IMG/VR virus record: IMGVR_UViG_3300045988_082515
Origin: a virus
Reading direction: 5' to 3' (one strand)
DNA length: 29,554 nucleotides
Positions within the stretch are counted from its first letter, which is position 1. Every line of letters starts with the position of its first letter. Positions 10,622-20,885 of this stretch are shown here, piece by piece. The position numbers were made by a program, and so were the translations under genes. The notes under the pieces were generated by a model. That model saw nothing but the letters and a program-made list of their open reading frames with translations, searched no databases and had not been told where the DNA came from.

Positions 10622-11527
10622 ATGGCAAATAGTCCTGTAATGACTAGTCTTACTGCTTATGTAGAGCAGAGACGTCTTCCATTGATAAAAGAGGCTGTAT
10701 TAAAGGCTAAGAGTGCTAGTTTATTTAACTTACAGACTGATATTAAAACTTCAGCTGCTCTTAACTTACTTTCAACTGATGTTGAATTTGGAGATGGTCT
10801 GACTTGTGGATGGGATGAGGCTGGAACGCAGACTCTTTCACAACGAGTTCTTACGACTGGAAATATCAAGATTAATATGGCTTATTGCGACAAAGCTATG
10901 CTTAAATATTGGACTCAGTATCAGGTTCGCGTTGCTGCTGGTCAGAAAACGCTTCCTTTCGAAGAGGACTTTATTAGTGGTGTAGTTGAGAATGTTAAAG
11001 CCGCTATTGAAACCGCTATCTGGCAAGGTGATACTAGTTCTAGTACGAACAACCTTAGCTATTTCGATGGTCTGTTAAAGATCTTAAAAAATGATGCTGG
11101 TACTGTTGATGTAACGATTACTGGAGCATCTGCTTATGATGACATTATGGCTGTTTATAACGCTATTCCTGAGAAGGTTCTGGATGGTGCTTCTATCTTA
11201 GTTGGCAGTGATACTTTCCGTAAATTTATCCAGGAGTTAGTTGCTAAGAACTACTACCATTATAGTGGTGAGAATCTTAACGGTGAGATTATGCTTCCTG
11301 GTTCGCAGGTTAAAGTAATCGCTGTTAATGGTCTTAATGGAACTGATAAGATTGTTGCTGGTCAGTTAGATAAGAACTTCTTCTATGGTTGCGATATGAT
11401 GAACGATGAAGAGAAGTTTGAATTGTGGTATTCACAAGATTTCCGCGAATTTAGATTAGCTATTGAATTTAACGCTGGCGTACAGGTTGCATTCCCTGAT
11501 GAGGTAGTTCTTGGTGCCAAAGCCTAA
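10622..11527 (+). CDS. Major capsid protein, HK97-fold.
   Basis: 301 aa. The pattern ...KTLPFEEDFISGVVENVKAAIETAIWQGDTSS...YFDGLLK... matches HK97-family capsid proteins, and the position after protease and scaffold fits. Four Trp, all TGG. Confidence 0.8.
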   Translation: MANSPVMTSLTAYVEQRRLPLIKEAVLKAKSASLFNLQTDIKTSAALNLLSTDVEFGDGLTCGWDEAGTQTLSQRVLTTGNIKINMAYCDKAMLKYWTQYQVRVAAGQKTLPFEEDFISGVVENVKAAIETAIWQGDTSSSTNNLSYFDGLLKILKNDAGTVDVTITGASAYDDIMAVYNAIPEKVLDGASILVGSDTFRKFIQELVAKNYYHYSGENLNGEIMLPGSQVKVIAVNGLNGTDKIVAGQLDKNFFYGCDMMNDEEKFELWYSQDFREFRLAIEFNAGVQVAFPDEVVLGAKA

Positions 11528-11565
11528 TTTCAATAGAGTTTAACTTTAAATAAGATTGAAATTAT

Positions 11566-12090
11566 ATGGCTTGTTTAATAACTATCGCTGGTATTACCCT
11601 GGATTGCGAATCTTCGCTTGGTGGTATCAAACAGGTATGGATTACTCAGTACGATAACGTTAAGAGTGTAACTGTAGATGATGAGACTAATCAAATCTCA
11701 GCTATTACTCTTGAAGAAGATGCTAAATGGTATAATTACCAATTCCGCAAAGGTACTGGTTCTCTAACCTCAACATTGAACGTTGACGAAACTGCAGGAA
11801 CCAACTATGTAAGTAATGAGCTTGCTCTTGTATTTACAAAGATGGAGACTAAGAAAAGAATCGAGATTGCTGCTCTTTCTATTGGACAACTTGTAGTTGT
11901 TGTAGAAGATTCTAATGGCAAATATTGGTTCTTAGGAAAAGATGAATATGTAAGCGCTTCCGCTGGTACGGGTGTTACTGGTACTGCAAAAGGTGATCAG
12001 AATGCTTATACGCTGACTTTAGCTACTGACTCTGAATCATATCCTTATGAGTTGAGTGCAGAAGCTATCCAAAGTGTTGTAGGTGCTTAA
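11566..12090 (+). CDS. Major tail tube protein (putative).
   Basis: 174 aa, directly after the capsid gene. The N-terminal GGIKQVWITQYDNV and C-terminal ...DSNGKYWFLGKDEYVSASAGTGVTGTAKGDQNAYTLTL pattern resembles siphovirus tail tube proteins. A strong terminator follows. Confidence 0.5.
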   Translation: MACLITIAGITLDCESSLGGIKQVWITQYDNVKSVTVDDETNQISAITLEEDAKWYNYQFRKGTGSLTSTLNVDETAGTNYVSNELALVFTKMETKKRIEIAALSIGQLVVVVEDSNGKYWFLGKDEYVSASAGTGVTGTAKGDQNAYTLTLATDSESYPYELSAEAIQSVVGA

Positions 12091-12098
12091 CAACAGAA

Positions 12099-12135
12099 GA
12101 GGGGCGAGTATTAATTTACTTGCCCCTTATTTTGT
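12099..12135 (+). terminator. Rho-independent terminator.
   Basis: GC-rich stem aggggcgagt (12100-12109) pairs with acttgcccct (12118-12127), with one G-T wobble. The loop is attaattt and tattttgttt follows. Confidence 0.75.
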
Positions 12136-12180
12136 TTATATACCACATAATGAATAATTTATATTTTATAGAAAAATAAT

Positions 12181-14793
12181 ATGGCAAACGAAACTGAAAA
12201 GACAATTCTTCCTTATCTTAATGTCCTTGAAGTCGAAACAATAGATAAGTCAAATGTGACTAAAGTTATTGTTATTGACAAGGATGATGAAGTTAAGGTT
12301 ATGGATGGTTCTCAGTTAGCTACTAATAGCTATTTTGATCTTCAGGATAAACCTGAGATCAATGGTATTGAGTTAAATGGTAATATGACTTCGGAAGAGT
12401 TGGGATTAGCGTCATCTGAAGATATTGTTACTATTAATTCTGAGTTAGAGCAAATAAAGAGTACTATTCCAAGTGCTGAAAATATTGATAATCAGATAAC
12501 TGAACGATTAGCTGATTATCCAACTAAAGAAGAGGTTACAACTGAAATTTCAGATGCAGTTGCCAATAAAGCCGATAAATCTGAGATACCAACAAAAACT
12601 TCACAATTAACTAATGATAGTGGGTTTATTAGTAGCTTAGATGGATATGCTACTGAAAATTGAGTTGAAGATAATTATCTTACAAAAGAAGCTACTGAAA
12701 GTGCATTAAATTCTAAACAGAATAAATTAAACCAAGGTGACGGTATAGTAATTGAAGAGAATACTATTTCTGCAGATTATAATACTATTCGTAACAAACC
12801 ATCTTTAAATGGAACTGAATTATCTGGAGCAGCTTCAATCGTACCTGCCATTAATATTCAATCAGTCCCATCTAAAGTTACTTTAGCTCCTGTATTTGGT
12901 AATCAAACTGGAGAAGCAGTTGAACTTCCAATATATAATACAGAGACTAATCAAGCTGGTATTGTTAATGGTCCTCTATATGCACAATTAGCAGATAAAT
13001 ATACCAAAGCTGAAATTGATGCTTTAAATACAGCTATTAATAAAGAGATAGCTTCAAAACAGGAAACGCTTACAGCAGGAAAGAATATATCTATTATAGA
13101 TAATGTAATCTCTGCTTTTGAGAATCATTTCTTACTTAATTTAGATGAGAATGATCCTGTAAGACAGAAACATATCTATGACTTTATTAGAACTAATCTG
13201 GACTTCTATTTATTCTGCCAGATTACATATAAAGGTGATATTATAGTTATTCCTGTTGCAACTATTGAGCATCCCGAAACTATTGATTTATATGGCTATT
13301 ATTTCCAAGATAATGGTGTATTAGTAGTTATTAATGCAATCTTAGTAAATAATGGTAATATGACTGTTAAAGTTACTGAGGTTGATCTTACTAATAAAGG
13401 ATATACTAAAGATGAAATAGATGAGAAACTTGCAGCTAAGCAAGGTGTATTTACTCCACAAGCTCCATTAGCTTTTAATGGAGATAAGACTCAGTTATCT
13501 GTAGATTTATCTGGATACCAACCAGTTGGTGATTATGCAACTAACGATTCAGTTAATGAGGAAATTGAGACTCTAAGATCTTCTTTACAAAGTAAGATTG
13601 ATGCAAAACAAGATAAAGGAGATTATGCTTTAAAGAGTGATATTCCAACTAAAGTTAGTGAGCTTACTAATGATTCTAACTTTGTAACTGAAGCAGAGGT
13701 TTCTGGAGATTTAGCAGGTAAAGCAGATAAGACTTATGTTGATGAGCAGCTTGCTACTAAACAGCCTGTAGGAGATTATGCAACAAAAACAGAACTTGCA
13801 GGTAAAGCAGATTCTTCTGTAGTAGAATCTTTATCTACTCAAGTAGCAACTAATACTTCAGATATATCAATTATTAAAACAAAACAAGAAGAAGATGGAG
13901 ATAAGATTGATTCTCTTGATAAAGAGATGGCTACTAAGCAAGATTTACTTGTAAGTGGAACTAATATCAAAACAATCAATAGTCAGTCTTTACTTGGAGA
14001 AGGTAATATAGAAATTGAAAGTGGTTCTAATATTCCATTTCTATTTATAAATTCCATTACTCATCTTTCTGGAGATTTCGCTGCTGTTAAGAATGCTATA
14101 GCTAATAAAACACCATTTGAGCTTTATTATGTAAATATTCTAGGTTATGGTGATATAGCAGCTCCAGAAGTATGTTTTGTTTCAGGAGAAAATATTCAAG
14201 CTACTTTCCATTTTGAAAGTACTACAGCTAATCATACTGTAGTTCAAACTACTATTACTCCAACTGGAGTATCAGCAGATACTAGTTATCATAGTTATCA
14301 GGAGCAATTAGTCTCTGGGACTAATATAAAGACTATTAATGGTGAAAGTATTTTAGGAGAAGGTAATCTTGAAATATCTGGTAGTGGAGGGACTACTGAC
14401 TATACTCAGTTAACAAATAAACCTCAAATCAATTCTGTTGAACTTAGTGGTAATAAGAGTCTTGAGGATTTAGGTATACCAACTAAGACATCTGAGCTTA
14501 CTAATGATAGTGGATTTTTAACTTCTATTCCTGATGAATATGTTACGGAAACTGAATTAAATGCAGGATTAGGAAATAAACAAGACACTTTAGTTAGTGG
14601 AACAAATATCAAGACAGTTAATGGAGAAAGCTTATTAGGTAGTGGAAATATAGATATTGAGAATGTTTCTAATCCAGTTACTTATGGAAGTGGAACTCAA
14701 TCACAAGTTCATACTATTCTTGTGGTAACTCAGTCTGAATATGATGCTATTTCAAGTAAAGATCCAAATACTCAATATTTAATTGTAGAGTAA
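12181..14793 (+). CDS. Long tail fibre (870 aa) with repeated fibre motifs.
   Basis: Track ORFs 12181-12663 and 13360-14793 share frame 1, with a single TGA at 12661. Region 12664-13359 is open in the same frame. There are three LVSGTNIKT(I/V)NG(E/Q)S(L/I)LG(E/S)GN(I/L) repeats, three (I)PTK(T/V)S(E/Q)LTNDS(G/N)F motifs and NKPxINGxELxG motifs. Confidence 0.8.
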
Positions 14794-14794
14794 T

Positions 14795-15721
14795 ATGAAT
14801 ATTCGAGATAATTTAAAAGCTTTTTATGTAGGTAACAGACAAGGTACTGCCATTTATGTGGGCAGTACCAAAGTCTGGCCTATTGATCCTTGTAATCCTA
14901 TAACCTTTATAGACCCAGTATTTGGAAGTCAAGTTAAAAGACTTTTATTAGATGATAAACCTGTAACGGATTGTAATATAGACAGTGTAAAAAGCTGATA
15001 TTATCCAAATCCTTCAAATGACTCTGCATTTACTGGTTCTGCTGTAGTTACTAACGAGGATTACAAAAAATTCAATGTTCCTGCATCTAATGATGATAAT
15101 GTAGTATTTATGAGACTTTTTCAAAGTTGTGCTGATTTAACTACATTTGATACTGGAATGGTTGAAGGTGGAGAAGATAAATTAGGACTATTAAACAATA
15201 TGGGCGGTTTTTATTGTACCTTACAAGGATGCACTTCATTAACTACCATTATAGGAGATTTTGATGGTTCTAAGATATATAATTATAACTGGATGTTTGG
15301 AAATTGTAGATCTTTAATTACTGCTCCAAATATAACCTTCCCTCATAATAATTATTCAGCAGGTCGTACAGTTAATGTAAGCAGATTATTTGATGGTTGT
15401 ACTTCATTAACTACTATGCCTTTATATGATGCATATTCTTGGGAATATTTAAATCTTACGTTTAATAATTTATCTAATTTAGAAAATGTTGGAGGGTTTA
15501 AAGATATAGGAAAATGCTTTACTAATAACTCCGTTGCTGGATTAAATTTTGAAGATAGCCCAAAGTTAACTAATCAATCAGTACAGAATATAATTAATAA
15601 TTTAGCTACTCCAAGAGAATCAATTGCTGGAGTTCTAAAATTTGCAGAGAGTGTTTATAATTCATTAACAGAGGAACAAAAATCACAAATCACCAGTAAA
15701 GGCTGGTCAGTAACATACTAA
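14795..15721 (+). CDS. BspA-like leucine-rich-repeat (LRR_5/DUF285-like) protein, putative receptor-binding component, paralog 1.
   Basis: Track ORFs 14795 and 15110 share frame 2, with TGA at 14996. Repeated units: FQSCADLTTFD, LQGCTSLTTII, MFGNCRSLITAP, LFDGCTSLTTMP. The C-terminus resembles that of the 16622 gene. Confidence 0.7.
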
Positions 15722-15722
15722 T

Positions 15723-15944
15723 ATGAAAGTTGAAATTAAAGAAAAGTATCAAGTAGTTAAGCCTGAAGATAGTATGCTTCTGACTAACTATAAAGACGAA
15801 ATGGATATTAAAGGGTATAACTCATTTAAAGAGTGTATTTGTCCATTAGATTGCGATTTAACTCATCTAAGAGAAATATCTCTGGAACAAGACAGGGTTT
15901 ATAAAGAACAAGCTGAGAAGGCTATTGAAGAATCTCTTAAATAA
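15723..15944 (+). CDS. Hypothetical small protein.
   Basis: Intact 73-aa ORF packed tightly between the two fibre cassettes. Confidence 0.5.
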   Translation: MKVEIKEKYQVVKPEDSMLLTNYKDEMDIKGYNSFKECICPLDCDLTHLREISLEQDRVYKEQAEKAIEESLK

Positions 15945-15951
15945 TAAAACT

Positions 15952-16620
15952 ATGATTATATTAAAGAATACTAAGAATACTCAGACCTTCTATGTTAGTA
16001 AGAAATGTGGTATTGAGACAGCTCAGCTTCCAGTTGGTTCTTATACAAAGATTGAAGCAGATGCGAGATTTCAACCTAAAGGTAATTACATTTCAGAAGA
16101 TAAGGCTGTTGAAATAATTGATGAGCAAATTAATTCTCAGTTGGATGTTATACTTGAACCTAAGTTAGAGCCAATTAAGAATGATATTACTGAATTAGAA
16201 ACATCTAAGATGGAAGTATTTCAAGTAAACTCTCCTATGTCATTTAATAGAGAGGGTGAAGATTTACATCTATCTATTGATCTTTCTAACTATGCTCTCA
16301 AGTCAGATATTCCAAGTACTGAGGATTTTGCTACTAAAGAAGAGCTTGCATCTGTTGAAAGTGAAGTTGGAAACAATTCTTCTAAGATTACAGCTATTGA
16401 AAGCAAGCAAGAAGAGGATGAACTAAAGATTGATGCATTAGATAAGGAAGTTGGGACATTAGATGCAAATAAAGCAGACAAATCGGAACTATCTAATTAT
16501 GTAACATTAGAAGTATATAATGCTAAGGTTTCAGAATTAGAAGCTGCTATTCAAGCTTTACAGGCACAAATCGGAACTATCTCAACTACTCTTGATACAA
16601 TTAATGGTGAGGTAATCTAA
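15952..16620 (+). CDS. Short tail fibre / fibre-like coiled-coil protein.
   Basis: ATG 15952 follows the upstream stop. The track start at 15925 would overlap it. The segment SDIPSTEDFATKEELASVESEVGNNSSKITAIESKQEEDELKIDALDKEV is paralogous to part of the long fibre (TKTELAGKADSSVVESLSTQVATNTSDISIIKTKQEEDGDKIDSLDKEM). Confidence 0.65.
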   Translation: MIILKNTKNTQTFYVSKKCGIETAQLPVGSYTKIEADARFQPKGNYISEDKAVEIIDEQINSQLDVILEPKLEPIKNDITELETSKMEVFQVNSPMSFNREGEDLHLSIDLSNYALKSDIPSTEDFATKEELASVESEVGNNSSKITAIESKQEEDELKIDALDKEVGTLDANKADKSELSNYVTLEVYNAKVSELEAAIQALQAQIGTISTTLDTINGEVI

Positions 16621-16621
16621 T

Positions 16622-17632
16622 ATGGCAAATACTATAAGTGATAAATTAGAGTATCTTGAAGGCACTAAGAGTGCTATTAAAGATGCTATTGTAGCTAAAG
16701 GTGTAGCTGTTGAGGATACTGCAACCTTTAGAAGCTATGCAGATAAGATTGGAGAAATATCTGGAGGTGGAGGAGGTAAGGTTAATTTGAATGATTATGG
16801 ACTTACATTAGCATATTCAAAACCTACAAATGAACAATTAAATAACTTAGAATTTAGTTTTTCTACAGTTAATAGCACTAAAAATTTCTTTAAGGGAATG
16901 GTCTCTACTGGAGCTTATATAAACCTATTTCCTATTTGGAATACTTCTATGGCCTATGATTGTAATGAAATGTTAGCTGGAGCATCTGTAAATCAGATTG
17001 ATTTCCCACAAGAAATTATAATATCTGGTGGAAATAATATGTTCAATAATTTTAGTGCTTCAGCTATGACTTTAGATACATTAGTAGTATCTTCTCCTAA
17101 TGGCTTTGATGATATGTCTTATATGTTCCAATATGCTGATGTTGTTTGTAATCATCTTATTGTACGAAGTATAGACAATGCGTATGTAATATTTAATTCC
17201 ACTTTTGCAAGTTTAGGAAATACTATTACAGCATTACCCAATGTAAAGATTGAAGCAGTTAATTCTCGCATTAGAATGGAATGTAATGGTATATATTCGC
17301 AGCTTCCATCTAATATTACGGCACTTCCATTATGAGATTTAACTGGAGTTACAGAAGGCCAGAATTTTACTAACTGATTTGATTATAGTTGAAGTAGTAT
17401 AAATAGTACTGTAACTGATATGGAAGGAATTGAAAATCTAAGAGTTGATCTAGATTTGAGATTATTAGACGCATTAAATAGTAATGCTATAGATAATATC
17501 CTTAATAAAGCAGCTGATCTAAGTTCAGAAGCAACTCAAACTATTACATTTGCTTCCTCTGTATTTAATGCCATTACAGAAGAACAAAAAGCTTTAGCTG
17601 CATCTAAGAACTGGACATTAGCTTCTGCATAG
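16622..17632 (+). CDS. BspA/DUF285-like repeat protein, putative receptor-binding component, paralog 2 (336 aa).
   Basis: Track ORFs 16622 and 17420 share frame 2, with three TGA (17333, 17375, 17390) giving PLWDLTGVTEGQNFTNWFDYSWS. The C-terminus ...ITFASSVFNAITEEQKALAASKNWTLASA parallels ...LKFAESVYNSLTEEQKSQITSKGWSVTY of the 14795 gene. Confidence 0.7.
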
Positions 17633-17638
17633 TAAATT

Positions 17639-17666
17639 TAGGGAGATTTTATTCTCCCTATTTTTA
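17639..17666 (+). terminator. Rho-independent terminator.
   Basis: Stem tagggaga (17639-17646) pairs with tctcccta (17653-17660). The loop is ttttat and TTTTT follows. Confidence 0.7.
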
Positions 17667-17739
17667 TGTTAATACATATACATAGTCTTTTATATTTTAA
17701 GAAAAAGATATGTAAATTAACGTAAAACCATTGCAAAAT

Positions 17740-18132
17740 ATGAACTATACTTTGTTAATGCAGAATACGATTACAAAGGAAGTTTATTTATTTGACCTTG
17801 AAAATCAGAATTATGCTGAAAATATCTACTATAAGTTTGATATTACATTATCTGATGATATGCCTGATGGTGAATATCAGTATATTCTGTTTAGTAATCC
17901 AAATAAACTTGAAGTAATTGTAGATGTAAATAATCCTATGCAGTCAGAGCTATATGGTAATCCAGTTATTCTGGTAACTTATGAAAATACTCTTACTACA
18001 GGAACGCAGATATTAGTTGCTGGTAAACCTATACCTGTATTGAGTTCAGGACTAATAAGAGTTGGAGATTATCAGAATAATAAATACCAATACGATAAAC
18101 AAAATAAATATACGGCTTATGAGCGAAAATAA
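17740..18132 (+). CDS. Hypothetical protein, first gene of the portal operon.
   Basis: ATG 17740. The track start at 17731 is TTG. 130 aa, no TGA and no recognisable motif. Confidence 0.5.
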   Translation: MNYTLLMQNTITKEVYLFDLENQNYAENIYYKFDITLSDDMPDGEYQYILFSNPNKLEVIVDVNNPMQSELYGNPVILVTYENTLTTGTQILVAGKPIPVLSSGLIRVGDYQNNKYQYDKQNKYTAYERK

Positions 18133-19201
18133 AACAAAAGTACAATTAAGTGCAATTGATCCAGTAATTGTATCAAACATCGTATTGCCAGTAGAAGGTA
18201 AAGTTAGAGGTAAGGACTATATTTCTTGGGGTGAAGATAATCGCTATCCTGTATATTTATGGGATTTATATTTAAATGTAGCTACTCTTCAATCTATCAT
18301 TAATGGTACTGCTGACTTTATTGTTGGTAATGATGTTGTATGTAATGCACCAGGATTTGAAATAACTGTAAATAAGAAAGGTGAGACTATTATGGATATT
18401 ATGCGTAAAGTATCTAAAGATAAGATGATTTTTGGAGGATATGCTTTACAAATAATTAGAGATATGTTAGGTAGAGTTTCAGAGATCTATCATCTTGACT
18501 TTATGAAGATTCGTTCTGATGAAAAGAATGAAGTATTCTATTATGCCGATGATTGGTCTGCTTGGTCTATTAAAGCTATCAAATATCCAAAATTTAATTA
18601 TTCAGACGATAATCCTACAAGTGTTGTTTATAATAAGGGCTATATAACAAGAAAGGTATATCCAGTCCCTGTTTATGGTGCAGCTATCCTATCTTGCGAA
18701 ACTGAGAAGAATATTAATGAGTTCCATCTAAATTCTCTTCATAATGGATTTATGGGCAATCTTATTATTAATTTTAATAATGGGCAGCCTACAGACGAAG
18801 TTAAAGAAGAGATTGAGATGAATATCAATGAGAAATTCTCAGGATTTCAAAATGCTGGTAGAGTTCTTATTTCATATAATGATGATGAAACAAATAAGAC
18901 TACTATTGAGCGTTTAGACTCTGATGATTTTGATGAGAAATATAGTGCTTTATCTGATAGGACAAGAGAACAGATATTCTGCGCATTTAGAGCTAATCCT
19001 AACTTATTTGGAATAAACTCTGATTCTACTGGATTTAATGAGCAAGAGTTTAATTCATCATTTAAACTATATAATAGAACGATGATTAAACCTATGCAAA
19101 AAGAGATTTGTGATACATTTGACAAAATCTTTGGTATGAAGAATTCTATCACAATTACACCATTTAGCTTAGATACAGCTGATTCTAAAATAGTTGAATA
19201 A
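18119..19201 (+). CDS. Portal protein (putative).
   Basis: About 360 aa from ATG 18119 (MSENKTKVQL...). The track start at 18062 lies inside the upstream gene. Size, position ahead of connector-like genes and sequence character (…FYYADDWSAWSIKAIKYPKF…, …RANPNLFGI…) fit a small portal family. Confidence 0.55.
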   Translation: MSENKTKVQLSAIDPVIVSNIVLPVEGKVRGKDYISWGEDNRYPVYLWDLYLNVATLQSIINGTADFIVGNDVVCNAPGFEITVNKKGETIMDIMRKVSKDKMIFGGYALQIIRDMLGRVSEIYHLDFMKIRSDEKNEVFYYADDWSAWSIKAIKYPKFNYSDDNPTSVVYNKGYITRKVYPVPVYGAAILSCETEKNINEFHLNSLHNGFMGNLIINFNNGQPTDEVKEEIEMNINEKFSGFQNAGRVLISYNDDETNKTTIERLDSDDFDEKYSALSDRTREQIFCAFRANPNLFGINSDSTGFNEQEFNSSFKLYNRTMIKPMQKEICDTFDKIFGMKNSITITPFSLDTADSKIVE

Positions 19202-19202
19202 T

Positions 19203-19892
19203 ATGGAACAAATGGATTTTAGAAATGTACTTCTAATTAGTGAAGATTACATCAAATCTGAATCTAACTTAGATAATAATGTTTCTGGCAAGTATCTTCA
19301 ATCAGCAATTAAGTTGGCTCAAGATGTAGAGCTTCAGTCAACTATTGGTACTAAGCTATTGGAAGCATTACAAAAGAAATGTATTAATTGGATTGATCCT
19401 CATACCCCAGTTCATCCAATAGAGCCTCCTGAGCCACTTCCAAGTGATTCTATTGATGATTCTGATAACTACAGATATAAAGAGCTATTAGACTATTATG
19501 TTCAGCCTTATTTACTTTATCAAGTACTTAGTGAGATAGTAATTCCTATATCTTATAAGCTTGGTAATTTTGGAGTTATGAGAACTGATGATGAGAAAGA
19601 TATTGCTGCTGAAGCAAGTCAAGTAAATCAAATTAAGAAGTATTATAGAGATAAGGCGGATTTCTTTAAGACTCGTTTACAGGACTTTATAATTACATAT
19701 TATAATGAATTCCCTGAGCTTTATACATATAAGCCATTAAAGGATATGTTTCCCAATCTTTATTCTAGCTCATCTTGCAATATTTGGCTTGGTGGAGCAA
19801 GAGGTAAAGGTTGGAGATATAATTCTTGTGAAGGTCCTCTGCAAAGAGCTTATGATTTCCCTTCAAGTGATAACAATAAAAAGAGTAAGTAA
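19203..19892 (+). CDS. Head-tail connector/adaptor-like protein (putative).
   Basis: ATG 19203 comes right after the portal stop. The N-terminus MEQMDFRNVLLISEDYIKSESNLDNNVSGKYLQSAIKLAQDVELQSTIG resembles head-completion/adaptor proteins. The functional call rests mainly on position. Confidence 0.4.
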   Translation: MEQMDFRNVLLISEDYIKSESNLDNNVSGKYLQSAIKLAQDVELQSTIGTKLLEALQKKCINWIDPHTPVHPIEPPEPLPSDSIDDSDNYRYKELLDYYVQPYLLYQVLSEIVIPISYKLGNFGVMRTDDEKDIAAEASQVNQIKKYYRDKADFFKTRLQDFIITYYNEFPELYTYKPLKDMFPNLYSSSSCNIWLGGARGKGWRYNSCEGPLQRAYDFPSSDNNKKSK

Positions 19893-19893
19893 G

Positions 19894-20319
19894 ATGACGT
19901 ATTTTGAATTAATAAACAATTTAAAAGCTTGTGCTCTTGAAGAACCCAATATTAATTTTGTAGGAAGTAAGGATATATATGAACTTAATAGTATCCCAAC
20001 TATTGAATATAATGTATTTTATATAACTCCAAATACATTTAATATGGATGAGGATACTATTACTTACTCTTTAAATCTCTATTTTATAGCAAGATGGGAT
20101 GAAACTGATAATAATCAGCTTGAAGAGCAATCAGCTGGAATATTAGCATTAACTAATATAATTAACCGATTTAATAACCAATATCCAGAAGTTGAAATAG
20201 CTTATCCTTTAATTTATACTCCATTCTATCAAAAGTTCAAAGATATTACCTGCGGAGTGTTTGTTAGAGCTGATTTCCAAGTTGACAACACATTAGGCTT
20301 ATGTCAAGACAGTATGTAG
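19894..20319 (+). CDS. Neck/head-tail joining protein (putative).
   Basis: ATG 19894 follows the upstream TAA. 141 aa, ends at TAG 20317-20319. Positional call only. Confidence 0.35.
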   Translation: MTYFELINNLKACALEEPNINFVGSKDIYELNSIPTIEYNVFYITPNTFNMDEDTITYSLNLYFIARWDETDNNQLEEQSAGILALTNIINRFNNQYPEVEIAYPLIYTPFYQKFKDITCGVFVRADFQVDNTLGLCQDSM

Positions 20320-20885
20320 TTTATATTCATACTTTTCCAAATGGTAAAAGATATGTTGGATTAACCACTCAGTCAGTAAATAGTAGATGAAGAGGTGGAG
20401 AAGGATATAAAGATCAATTTTTTTACAGACCAATTAAAAAGTACGGTTGAAACAATATTAAACATACTATTTATTATGTAAATAGTGAATCGGAAATGAA
20501 ATATCTTGAAAAATACTTCTTTAGCTATTATAATACTACAGATTTAAGATTTGGTTATAATAGAACTGACACAAGTAATCATCCTATAGTTTCTAATGAA
20601 ACTAAAGTTATTATTTCTGAATTTGCTAAAACTAGAATAGGAAATAAAAATCCATTTTATGGGAAGCATCATTCAGAAGAAACTAAGGAATTAATACGCA
20701 AGAAAAATCAAAACTATGGAACTAAAGCTATTAGTCAATACACTTTAGATGGAAGATTTATAAAATCTTATAAAAGTATAAGATCAGCAGCAAGAGAGTT
20801 AAACATAACTTCTTCTTTAATATCTTCAGTTTTAAGTGGCAGACAAAAACAAACTAAAGGATATACCTTTAAGTATAATATGTAA
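20301..20885 (+). CDS. GIY-YIG homing endonuclease with NUMOD3 and a C-terminal HTH-like (IENR1/NUMOD1-like) region (HEG 2).
   Basis: ATG 20301, in the frame of track ORF 20496. MSRQYVVYIHTFPNGKRYVGLTTQSVNSR[TGA]RGGEGYKDQFFYRPIKKYG[TGA]NNIKH. Both TGA sit where this GIY-YIG subfamily has conserved Trp (RW..G.GY and KYGW.N). NPFYGKHHSEETKELIRKK is a NUMOD3 unit. Confidence 0.85.

Noticed and set aside
18062-18118. N-terminal extensions given by the ORF track: portal from 18062, 19194 (TTG), 19789, 15925, 17731 (TTG), 27695 and 27298 (TTG).
   Set aside because: These starts lie inside the preceding gene or use TTG or GTG. An ATG immediately after, or overlapping, the upstream stop gives the compact, coupled arrangement seen throughout the genome.
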